Shown here one piece after another: positions 36,134 through 46,473 of a stretch of 64,000 nucleotides of DNA. Under the pieces are notes generated by a model that was not told the origin of the DNA, made no database searches, and saw only the letters and a program-made list of their open reading frames with translations. Origin of the DNA: Lingula anatina (Eukaryota > Animalia > Brachiopoda); the NCBI GenBank assembly GCA_051362555.1, contig CM120642.1, positions 30,690,001 to 30,754,000 of the forward strand. Direction: 5' to 3'. Made by a program: the position numbers and the translations under genes. How positions within the stretch are numbered: position 1 is the first letter of the stretch; each line of letters starts with the position of its first letter.

Positions 36134-36609
36134 ATGTATAGCAACACTATGAGTAGAAAACATCCATACAACATAACAACTTTACAACGTGTAGGCAGTA
36201 GAGGGAGTGGAGATACCCGACCACGCCCTGGGGGAACCAGGTTGGTTTACCCCCAATATTCACAGCCGGACCCTTTCAGAGAGGAATATTATCCCGATGA
36301 GCCGTATAGAACGATGCTCGTCAATAGTGGCAGCCACCCCGGACCTGGGGTTGTTTATTACACCATGGACATAGGAAAGCCGGGATCTGATCACTTGGGA
36401 TTGAAATCTAGACAATTCTCGGGAGAAAACGGAAAGCCAAACGGCAGTTACACTTTTAGAGAAAGGAGGAGGAGTATCAGCACGTCCGAGAAACAAGAGT
36501 CTCGATCGTGTTGCTGCTGTTGCAGAATGTTGGCGTGGACTATCTTTCTCGCCGTGGCCTTAGTCTGTGTTACTGTGGCGTTGGTTGTCGTGTGCACACT
36601 TAGTTATTC
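36134..36609 (+). CDS. Alternative first coding exon B of the cupin gene: shorter cytoplasmic region, CCCCC string, TM helix
   Basis: Start at ATG 36134 or the in-frame ATG at 36071. Ends RERRRS...SRSCCCCCRMLAWTIFLAVALVCVTVALVVVCTLSY then tc|GTAAGT, a phase-2 donor in frame with exon 37355. Confidence 0.75.
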
Positions 36610-37354
36610 GTAAGTAAACCCCATCAGAGGGTTATAGAGGTTATCCCCTTTAAATTGGCAAAATATTCAGAATAGGCGTAACTTCGAACACATACAATTT
36701 CATACACGCACTGCTCCCTCGACAGCAATTAAAAAAAGAAAAGAAACCGAAAAGTATTAATTTCAAGCATAGTCGCTGCAAATAATCCCTTTTATATCCT
36801 CTAAGTAAAACCAAGGTCTTACACCCAAGGTATATGTATGGCACCATGGTGATAGATTTATAATCAACATAACCAAACACGCACACGCGCGCCTATTTAG
36901 AACTTGTGTATTTCGTACTGTGCAGTCGCCCATTATAAACAACGCGGCTCGAGGAATGCACGCGGATTTATTTTGGGAATACATTTGAAATATAGAGAAA
37001 GTAAACTGCGTGAATTCTTTTCCTGGCCTGTTATTGGCTTGGTAACAGCAGGGGTGTGCAGCCGATTAATAGGGCTCTTTTACATACACCTGAACGCGCA
37101 AAACAATTACTTCACTAATCTATTTTGAACTATTTTCTTATCCTCAGGTATTTGCAGGTGACAAATTAAAGGTCAAAATGTCACAAGACAAAAGTTTGCA
37201 TCCCTTTTCTAACAATAACATTGCCATTGCTATTTATATACTGTTTTGTGTATTATTGTAATTCTTTTTTTTCGTCGTCAAGACAAAAAACGATATGCAT
37301 TGATGCTGTTGTTTATCACGCCCTTTTTTAGAATTTTTTTCTGTTTTATTACAG

Positions 37355-38432
37355 AAAGATAAACGGTGTCACAACTTCTAAAGATTTAATAGACTCTTTG
37401 GGACTGGAAGAAATTCCAAATAAAGGTGGTTGGTTTAAGGCAACATGGCGGGCGACAGCAAAAATGTCGTCTGCTGGGGACGAGAAGGCCACTGGAAGCG
37501 CCACCTATTATATGCTACGAGACAGGGATATAACAGAATGGCGGCGTCTTAGTTCAGATGAGGTGTGGTTTCATCACTGCGGAGATAACGTCGTGGTAAT
37601 GTCTAATTAAATAGTCTTTCAGTTCACACATAAAGACCTGACAGATTGTCAATATTTTCGTGAAATATTCATTTAGAAGTAAAAAAAAGTACACTTTACA
37701 GGACTATGTAAACAATAATAACTTTTGTGAGTTTTGACGCTTTTAGAGCTCATATCCCTTTCTTCCAGCATGCACTCGACGTCGTTTTAGCGTCGATATT
37801 TCGTTAATCGACGGGTAACGTGCATGCTGGGTTGCTTCTTTAAAGTATTTATAATGTTTTCGATATGCAGATTCACACACTGTCTCACTCCACTGTGAAC
37901 AAGCATACCACATACATACTTGGGGACCACGCAGTGGACACGCGTGCGCAGTTCCAAATGCCGATTTCAAGATACACGTGGTTTGCTGCTGAACTCGTTA
38001 ATAAGGATAGTGGGTCTTACGCTCTGATGAGTGTTGTTTCATCTCCAGGTAAAAAAAGTGCCGCAATGCATTTGATAGAACTACACTGTGCCATTACTTT
38101 ATTTCTTTGGTTCGATATTGTTGATTAAACATACTGGTCCCGTCACACAAGCACAGGTAACTTTCAACAGGCGAGCTCCCACAGAAATATTTTGTACTTA
38201 ATTTGATAGTATACTTCACAATATTTGATGTAACACGTAGTCCACATCATAGCATATTGATGTATGTATTTTTCCGTTTTTGGAATCAGTGCTTCAACAA
38301 TTTTGATATATCAATAATTCATTTTCAGGTTACGATCCCCAGGAGGTTGTCTACGGTAACAGGACTTACTTGTCCACTCTTTTCCCAGATACAGAGAGTC
38401 AGACATTTATACGAAAACTCACTCGGAACTAG
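37355..38432 (+). CDS. DUF985 / Cupin_5 family domain (shared exons of a type II membrane protein)
   Basis: Exons 37355-37595, 37871-38048 and 38329-38432 give ...DLIDSLGLEEIPNKGGWFKATWR...GSATYYML...EWRRLSSDEVWFHHCGD...LG...FQMPISRYTWFAAEL...YALMSVVSSPGYDPQEV...LSTLFPD...FIRKLTRN*. This follows the DUF985 pattern LGLxPHPEGG...STAIYYLL...WHRLxSDExWHFHxG...WQAA...V.PGF. Confidence 0.85.
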
Positions 38433-39003
38433 CAAAAAAAAAAATTTAAAATAGGTTGTAAAAAGTGAACAAATGGATTGTCATCAGATTCATTTGCGAA
38501 CTGAAGACTTATCTTCTTGCGATGTCACGTCCATGTTGTGATATTAGCAGAATAATGCCTCACTCAGAAAAAACTTATATTTGGTGAATACGTATGTGCT
38601 GGAACTGCGTGTCTCGTATTTACTATGGAAATACACGCAACATGATTTAAAAACGAAACAGTAACGTTCTTATTTCATGGTTTACGGAAAAAATCGTGAT
38701 GACAAAAACATTTTAAGAGCATAATGTTGTTTTCCTTGACAACACAGATGCTACACTTAATGTATAGAATATTTTAAGTAATTAAAATTACTTCTGACCA
38801 GGACTTGTGTATGGTGTCCTTCACTATATTAGGAAAAATTATTATGCGTACAGCATGGTATTTTATAATAGCTACACTTAGCCAAAAAATGAGCTTCGTG
38901 AAGAAATGTGAACAACACTTGCTTGAAAGTTATTACATTTTATTAGCAGTACCACCTTCGATACAGAATGGGACACTTATACCAAATAATTAAATTTAAA
39001 AAA

Positions 39004-40839
39004 TCAACCGATGAAAGTAGTAGCTGACTTGAAGTCAACTGGGCGAACTTTCATGTTGACTTTTTTCAAGGAGTAGTTGTGGCCTTTAAATGCGTACCAG
39101 TTTACGCCGTCAGCAGAGTAGCTATGAGCTCCAAGGTGGTACAGACCGTTCAGATTGGACGCATGGCAAGCCTTATACCACCAGGCGCCTTTATACCGGA
39201 CGGCACAGTTTGAGGAATATTTATCATTATCTTTGTCTTTCGTTGTGAAGGCGTATCCATTATGGCTCGATAACGAGTCGCCTAGAATAAAATAGATTCA
39301 AAGTTTAATGCTTTACATGAAATTTCTATTCAAGAAAATTAACGAGTCACCCGTGCAGACCTAAAAGATGCAAAGGAAGTGCGTTTTCATCAAGCCATAA
39401 AAATTTCAACAGTTTGGCGTACAAGTTGACGAACTATCTTATTATTATTATCTTACCTGCAGTTCCCTTGTAGACTCCCACTACTAACTTGTAGTTTTCC
39501 TTCTCGGATCCGATGGCAAAGTAGTCGTACTGGGCGTAAGCTTTGCTCCCTGCAACGTCTTCCATATCAACACGGAGTTCGTAGCGTCTTGCGTTGGTCA
39601 TTTGGTACAGGTATTCATTTCCTTGTAAGGCAATTGGACATATGTACTGTAAGGTTAAGGTGCCTCATAGGAATAGGCATGCTTTCAAATTACCTCAAAA
39701 TAAGCGAAAGCGCCATGGCCGTGCATGTATCTTTGGCAAAGGCGACATGTTTGCGTCGCTACGTTTGCTTTGAGAAGCTTCAAAATTGAAAACTTGCAGC
39801 AAGGCCCTTAATGGGTTACTGTATATGAATTCTTAAAAACAGTAGGCAATTCATTAGCTAATGCCGTCCCTTTACTTTTGCCGAAATCAAAATCAAGTTG
39901 AGAAAACAGCGCATGGTTGACCCTTTGTACAAAACCCCACTTTGCTTGTACAATCCAGAGACATTCAATTATCTCTATTACGGCTGAATCCATGCAATAA
40001 GCAGATATCGAGGTGCACAAGAAAAGAGAATAGGTTCATGTGCCTGAACAACTTACCGAGCCAGAATTCTGTGTTGAGATTTCCAAACCCGTGTTTATAT
40101 GCCTCCCAGCCGCGGAAGAAGTTAACAGTGCCGTCCATGCGTCTTTGGAACACCTGGCAATCAAATGAAGTTTCTATTTGGTTTTAATGCCGCACTTATA
40201 TATTTGTAAGGATATGAAGACGCAAATTTAGATTTTATCTACTCTCAGTCCGCAGCAAAGTACAGCCCATAAGGAAACTTGCTACAATTAAAAAAGGAAG
40301 GTGTTTTACATAAAAGCGCCAAGATGTCAATCCATGGTACGTCTCATTGAATCATTTGACAGTTAATAAAAGTTGATCGGGCTAAATGCCGTGTACCCGC
40401 CCAGTTTATTCAAAATCAGACAAAATCTACGAAGTATAACTAAATTTATGTCGCTCATAATACGTTGATTGTATGAAGCAGCATGTAATTACCGTCCATC
40501 CCCCGCCGTCCGTTTCCATGTCGCAGTAGACGTCGAGAGAAGTACCGTTAGAGGGCGTAATGGTGTATACACCGCTCACTTTAGCTCCATCCTGGTACAG
40601 CTCAGCGCAGTCCCTGCCTTTTGCTACTTTCGAAATAATAAGCGATCGAGAAGACATTCAGTGAGCATTCATTTAGTATACAAACGAGTAATAAGCGACA
40701 GTAAATACAGTAACGTACCAGTATATTAATTGTTAGAACCAGTTTCCAGCACAAAACAAATAATATTCACATGCAAAAAAAAAAAAAAAGAATGTAGTGG
40801 TTAAAGTGTAATCTAGTGTAAGTTGTAATGTACGTTTGA

Positions 40840-40928
<89 letters not shown>

Positions 40929-42125
40929 CGAAATTAGCTATGCGTGTCTACAAGTATTCAGAAATGTAGTGAAAACCGAAGCTCAGCAAGGAAACAGATA
41001 AAAAGGCTTGAACCATTGTGTTTAAGGGACCATTCCTACAGATATTTGGATAGATCTATCTCCCTGGGAGTCTCACTAAATTGCTGTCAACTTGACGGGC
41101 TTAAATGTCTGTCACGCCTAGTAAAGCTGTAAGGGGGTAATTATCTTTACCCCTAGCTGATTCGGTAGGCGTGACAGACATTTAGAAGCCTCTTGAGCTG
41201 ATAGCAATTTAGCGTGAAAACCCCAAGGAATTAGGTCGATCCAGATGGATCGATGTAAGTATGGGAACCCAGTCTAATACTCGCATAATAATTATATTTT
41301 TATTCATAATAGTAGTACCAGCATCCCAAATTGCGCTGATTTCGGTTGAATTAAACATATAGTTTAAAGGGATAATAACTCTTTGTATGAGATCTGTATT
41401 TCACAATAAAAACATTGTGAACAACTCATAGAAATATAATATATTCTGTTTTACCACAAAAACGGCAGTTATAGCTATTATTCTGATATCTGAGCTTGTC
41501 TTTAGACCACGTGACCGCCATTGATGGCTATACTCTGTTAAAATCTCTTAAGAGATTTTAACAAAAAACCAAACTTTTTAGAAAAAAACCAGGGACTAAC
41601 TTTGAATGTAAAAATGGATTCATTAACCATTGGTAAGTATGGGAAAATTGTTGCTTACTCCAGGAAAATTCATTTTTTGACCGAAACAAAGAGTTATTAT
41701 CCCTTTAAGCAAATGTGATAAGTCACAATATTAATTGTCTTTCTTGTCGAGATATATACTTGTATGTAGCTACATAGCTAATCTTAGCTTGCGGAACCTA
41801 CCGTCTTGTTTGCCAGCGATAATGGCGCTATATTGGCTTGCCAAAGTTTCCAATCTGTTTTCCAATATCAACAGTCTAGAGTCACATTCCTGACTACATG
41901 TTGGTTCTTGGCGTCTGATAAAATCAGTGGTTACCATTTATGTAATAATTTAGAGGCTAGCGAGAAATTTATCAAAATACATGTAATAAAAATCTGGTGC
42001 GTTATTAAATACAAATATATTAGTACACTTATAAAGAACCTCACTTACGTATAAAATCCCTCTGCTTGTGTTGATCCAAAATGGTAAACCAAACAGAGCA
42101 AAACGAGAAAAGCCATTCTACTCAT
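39004..42125 (-). CDS. Secreted fibrinogen C-terminal-domain (FReD) lectin, ficolin/tachylectin-5/MFAP4-like
   Basis: Exons 42125-42049 (signal peptide [21 protein letters not shown]), 41914-41802 (CxxxC plus short coiled coil), 40626-40493 (RDCAEL...[12 protein letters not shown]), 40153-40057 (VFQRRMDG...EFWLG), 39621-39457 and 39281-39004 (FTTKDKDND...NCA...[15 protein letters not shown]...MKVRP). All phases are consistent. Confidence 0.95.
40845..40928. repeat. (TA)n followed by poly(T)
   Basis: Read directly from the sequence. Confidence 0.9.
41030..41270. mobile_element. Palindromic foldback MITE; related copy at 59371-59580
   Basis: Perfect 19 bp stem taaatgtctgtcacgccta (41102-41120) / taggcgtgacagacattta (41166-41184) inside longer imperfect arms. 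gatctatc..gggagtctcac and ttaggtcgatcca are shared with the 59371 copy. Confidence 0.65.
41368..41704. mobile_element. Kolobok-like non-autonomous DNA transposon
   Basis: Perfect 19 bp TIR agggataataactctttgt / acaaagagttattatccct, flanked by TTAA at 41364-41367 and 41705-41708. Confidence 0.8.
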
Positions 42126-42160
42126 TTTGCTCCAGAATGTGTCTGATGCGTTACGTCGTG

Positions 42161-42169
42161 TTTTATATA
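42161..42169 (-). promoter_or_regulatory. TATA box of the FReD gene
   Basis: TATATAAAA on the minus strand about 40 nt upstream of the ATG, with an Inr-like TCAGAC about 25 nt downstream. Confidence 0.5.
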
Positions 42170-42898
42170 CCAGTAGCACGGGGACCAGTGGCTCACTCTT
42201 ATTTTGGGTATGTGAACATAGCAGGTTTCAGAGATACATAACAGTCGTTAATACCCAGTCCACGACTACCGACTAAAATCCCGAATAATACAGCATTAAC
42301 CCTGTATCCAGTTACTTCTTGGGAAATAAGTTTCTTTTGAAAGATTCGCCCTTTTTACATAAACATAATAAATAACAAGGGGGGAAAAGCGTCTTTTCCA
42401 TAATTTTAATGTAAACTTAAAAATCCATCATGTTTACAGCGTTTGCCAGTTTACCGTCACTTTCACATTCTGGTATATATGACGGTTTCATTAGTGCAAT
42501 TTACCTCTATATGGTGTTTAAAATGCATACTCCAGAACCACACAAACTTAGTAATGAATAAAAATTGTTCTCAAAGCCCCACAGCAAAAAAAGTGCAAAC
42601 ACTGCCAAAATGAAATCGAAGACGAGCTACGCTTTCAACTTGACTGTAAGAAATATATAAAGGAGCGAGAAGGCATGGTGAACTCCCTTTGAAACACAAA
42701 GAAAGAAAATTATGATATGGTAGACAGAGATCAGAATGATAAAGCTCTAAGAGCAGTATCTCGATTATGACATTAGCAAAAAGCACCCATCACACTCTTG
42801 AACTTGCATATACTGACAGACAGGTATCTTTGATATTTAATTATTTATCTCAACATTATTCCCTTCCCCATAATATGTAAACAAACAGTAGCATAACA

Positions 42899-43214
42899 CA
42901 AGTGTGACAGTAATGTTGTCCGCTAGGAACCGTAATCTGTTCCCCATTACTTTGTACAGTGGACATTCGTCCTATATGGTAACCCCAATACTCCGACTAA
43001 CCCCAACCTGTACTACTCATGTGGGAGCCCGAACTACCACCTCCAGACCCCGTAACTCGAAACATCGCGTATTGAGAATAGCGTTGTCACATAGATAGAG
43101 GCTACAATGTACTATATGGGGCGAGTATGGGCGAGTTATGGAATTGAGACGCTTGCGCTCGGTCACAATGCTGTCGAGTTACGGGGCCCATGACTATCAT
43201 TCTTGTCACACCTG
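42899..43214. mobile_element. Short TIR element (MITE), same family as 7500-7676
   Basis: Ends caagtgtgacagtaatgttgtc / gactatcattcttgtcacacctg. Internal sequence is shared with the 7500 copy. Confidence 0.6.
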
Positions 43215-43738
43215 CAGCCATGATCGAATCATGATCGATAGGCGTGGGCTCAAATAATTATTTCAGTACTTATTCCAGATAGAACGTTTTTATCACTTGG
43301 ACTTATTTCAACCAAGTATTGTAATGTGGCATAAATTTAAATAAGTTTCACATTTAACAGTCTATAGAAAATCAGAAGCTTTATCGAAACTTTGGCACAT
43401 ATTTCTTACGCTCACATAAATTTCAACCCACATTGGAACACGGCGACATTCCAAAATTCATGGGGGTACAGCAAAAAAAGATCGAACGAGTGTTTTCATT
43501 GGGCATACACGCGGTTTCCTCGATTACCATCTTGTCTTGCTTTTCTCCATCTTTTACTTAGTCTGTGATAGAAATGCCCCATTCTTTCTTTATTTTAATT
43601 TTCTTTCTTATTTTGAATCATCACAAGGAGTCACACTTCCAAGGGCAAAGAGAATCAACTACAACCAATTGTTCTTTCACATTTACAAGTTTATTTCACC
43701 TTTTCAAGAATATTATTCACAGAATTGCAAGAAAGAGT

Positions 43739-46134
43739 TTATTCTTTCACAGCGTACTTCCTCATGGGCCAAAGTCTCTCTTTTCTCTGTTGCTTCTTTG
43801 TTTTCAACTTCAGTTCCCTCGATGTCAACTGACGACGAATGGCTCGCGTCTGTCTTTTACGCAAGTCCTTGGGCTTGAACTTCTTGTTTTTGTAAAATTT
43901 GCGCAGGTTTTCCTTCTGTGTTTGGTTGATGACTGTCAGGACTCTGGCGATGGACTTGCGCACGACACGACTGCAAAGAAAAAGCAATTCATTATGCACT
44001 CCGTTTTAAATCAGAACATTATATCAAAATTGGTCTCAGCTTTGTTGACATACGTTTTGTACACAATCATCCCAACAATGATGTATTTGGCAACAGTGAG
44101 CTTATTTAATTTATTATTACCTTGAAAAGTTAATAGCCAAAATGGTTTTTCGTACAAGAAATGTGTTCAGTTTGAAAGGCTTTTTCTCGTCACTGTTCTT
44201 TCAGAGACTCTACCCGCACGAAAATGCAGTAGTATCGAAGTAGCAAAAAAGCATTAACGCAGTAGTGGTGTGGAGCATATTTGCAGTAGAAATGCAGCAT
44301 AGCCTACTGCAATTCTACTCCAAAAAGTACATAGGTTTGTACAGAGAGGAGCATTAATGCAGTAGATTAGCAGCATGATAGAAGCATGTTTCAAATATGC
44401 TAATTAGCTCCCAAATCGAAGCAGATTTGAAGCATGTTTGCAGTATGATTGCAGTAGTCTACTGCGGTTTGCAGTATGATTGCAGTAGTCTACTGCGCTG
44501 GAGTATCTACTGCGTTTTCTTGCGGGTAGTCCGTGTTAACCTTTCTTTCATCATAACACAGAGCACTTGGGTCAGTAAAGATATGACTCAATTCATGAGT
44601 GGAAATCGGATAAATAGAGCAAATATACAGGCATCCAACAAAAATTCCAACTAGGGCTCAGTTTTTCCATACATTACATTAATGAACAAAAGGAAACTTG
44701 ATCAGCCAGCATCAAGTCAAAGCAGTACATGGACATAAAATGAGGAAAATGGCTAAAATACTCACATCTTGGAAAGCTTTGAAGCAGCACCACCCGTGAC
44801 CTTGGCCACTCTCAGCTGGGACAACTCCTAAAATCAAACCACACACAAGTTAAAACAACAACAACACTTTCTTTTAGGTGGATACCAATATATATATTTA
44901 CACATAAACTGCCTGTTCAGCTATAGAGGTTTTTCTCTTCACTAAATCATTCAGAGACTCTAGTCCAAGAAACCATCTATTTCATCATTACCAGCAACAG
45001 ATACACATAATCAAGTACAGAGAATAATTCTGATACATTTGATCTTTTAAGTTAAAATGGCACTGATGAGTAGTTTTACTGCTTTCAAATAGTACAGGGT
45101 GCCTGTGATAGTTTTCAGGCGCTTACCAAAATAGGCTCGAATAAAAAAGCCTCTGTTAATGTGATAAAACATATATCAAATACAACTTGAGTGTGTCTGT
45201 CATAGCACTTGTCAGTGCAGATATGCATTACCATTGGGTTCAACAATGAAGTAGCACAGAAAAAACTGAACTGGAAACATGGAGTAGCCAGATTTTTATC
45301 TTTTCTATCTTATGGTATTTTTCATGGTTTGAAGAAGCCAAGGAACTTACAGTTTTCAAGTCATCAAGCTGCTTCATCAAGTCTTCCTTCTTTTTACCAC
45401 GCAGCTCGCGGGCCTTCACATTTGCCTGATTCGGCTGAAATGAAATCAAGTGATACAAAATAATGCATAACTGGAGACATTCGTTAGAAGCAAAGAAAGC
45501 ATCAACTGCTATACATATTATTCAAACTGAATCGTGATGTCTGTATTTGTGGGGTCAGATTGCCTCACTGTAACGCCCTGATATTATGTATATTATTACC
45601 ATCCAAACTGGCAGAGGGAGGCTTTACTGGGCAATGGGGTGAGAGGCAGACACTGCATGCCACTGCAACTGGAAAGCAATGCCTTCACTTTCTCCATAAC
45701 CTTGGAAGTTTAAGGTTTGAGGTTTTCTAAACAATTACACATAGTTATGAATATTCTAGACCTACAACTGGTATAAGAACACTGTGGGGGCGAACATTCT
45801 ACAAGGTAAGACAATTCTTTTGAAATATAAGAACATGTTGCACATCAGTCCTATCGATCCAAAGAGCATTTGTATCACCACAGTTTGTCTGGCAAGCGAA
45901 AGTTCATCATATGTGCAACAAATACGCGCAAGATTGTTCACTTTCAATGAAAGCCGAAGTAGGGTTCATCGCCAACACAGGTCGTATAATTTAGTTTATT
46001 AGGCTAGCACGTAATGATAAGGCATTAAACGAACACCAAGAACCATCTACTAATCATCTTTTAACTGAGAAGTACAGATGTTAAGAAATAGGTCTGATAT
46101 TCAGGGATTTTTAAATTGCATTGAGCCTTACCAT
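43739..46134 (-). CDS. RPL35: 60S ribosomal protein L35 (uL29), 123 aa
   Basis: Exons 46134-46132 (ATG), 45425-45351 ([25 protein letters not shown]), 44827-44766 ([20 protein letters not shown]) and 43970-43739 ([27 protein letters not shown]...RKYAVKE*). Confidence 0.98.
44162..44560 (-). ncRNA. Box C/D snoRNA, SNORD52/snR78-like copy 2, interrupted by a MITE in its guide
   Basis: C box ATGATGA 44554-44548, guide ggacta[MITE]gagtct, D' CTGA 44204-44201, C' GTGACGA 44193-44187, D CTGA 44170-44167, terminal stem tgtgt/acaca. Located in RPL35 intron 3. Confidence 0.75.
44213..44526. mobile_element. 314 bp MITE with TA target-site duplication
   Basis: TIR cccgcacgaaaatgcagtag / ctactgcgttttcttgcggg (18 of 20 match). 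TA at 44211-44212 and 44527-44528. Internal tandem tttgcagtatgattgcagtagtctactgcg twice. Confidence 0.85.
44913..44993 (-). ncRNA. Box C/D snoRNA, SNORD52/snR78-like copy 1 (intact)
   Basis: C box ATGATGA 44988-44982, guide GGACTAGAGTC-T before D' CTGA 44954-44951, C' GTGAAGA, D CTGA 44920-44917. The guide is antisense to the conserved LSU rRNA segment GACUCUAGUC. The D'+5 rule gives the U equivalent to human 28S Um3904 / yeast Um2421 (numbering recalled). Located in RPL35 intron 2. Confidence 0.8.
45836..45920 (-). ncRNA. Box C/D snoRNA in RPL35 intron 1
   Basis: 10 bp terminal stem tgttgcacat/atgtgcaaca, C box ATGATGA 45910-45904, D box CTGA 45848-45845. The guide GGATCGATAGG is antisense to LSU rRNA CCUAUCGAUCC. 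Confidence 0.8.
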
Positions 46135-46473
46135 GATGACCCAGTGGTGATGTCGGTCTAAGAGACCGAGAACGAGGCTTTAGGATCGGACGTTCGTTAT
46201 CGTCCGGCAAGAATAGTATATTGTAAAAATGTTATTAATGCATGTGTTTTTGAGATATGTTGGTTATTTACTGTATAAAATATCGATATAAAGCAATAGA
46301 TTATAAAATAAGATACATAAATTTCATAAACAAGGAAATGAAAATAAAATAAAGCGTGTGGTAAAAATCATGGTAATATGATCAAACTGAGGCTTGAGAT
46401 ATTTTTCTTCCGGAAAGTCGAGGGGTGTGGGGACCGGCGAAATTTTCTTTAATTTTATAAATATTTATCAAAG
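46135..46473. promoter_or_regulatory. Compact bidirectional promoter region between RPL35 and ARPC5
   Basis: The divergent start codons are only about 340 bp apart. A pyrimidine tract (ctcgttctcggtctctt) at the RPL35 5' end is TOP/TCT-like. TATCGATA (DRE-like) at 46281-46288 and TTCCGGAA (ETS-like) at about 46408-46415. Confidence 0.6.

Noticed and set aside
34651-36613. Two independent single-exon tail-anchored proteins, as the ORF track suggests
   Set aside because: Both stops overlap perfect GTAAGT donors in the phase needed by the cupin exon, which has no start codon of its own.
43537-44125. 113 aa and 186 aa plus-strand ORFs
   Set aside because: They are antisense shadows of the last RPL35 exon with non-ATG starts and no recognisable domain.
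45545-45700. Possible H/ACA snoRNA in RPL35 intron 1
   Set aside because: An ACA triplet is present, but I could not build two hairpins with a properly placed H box.
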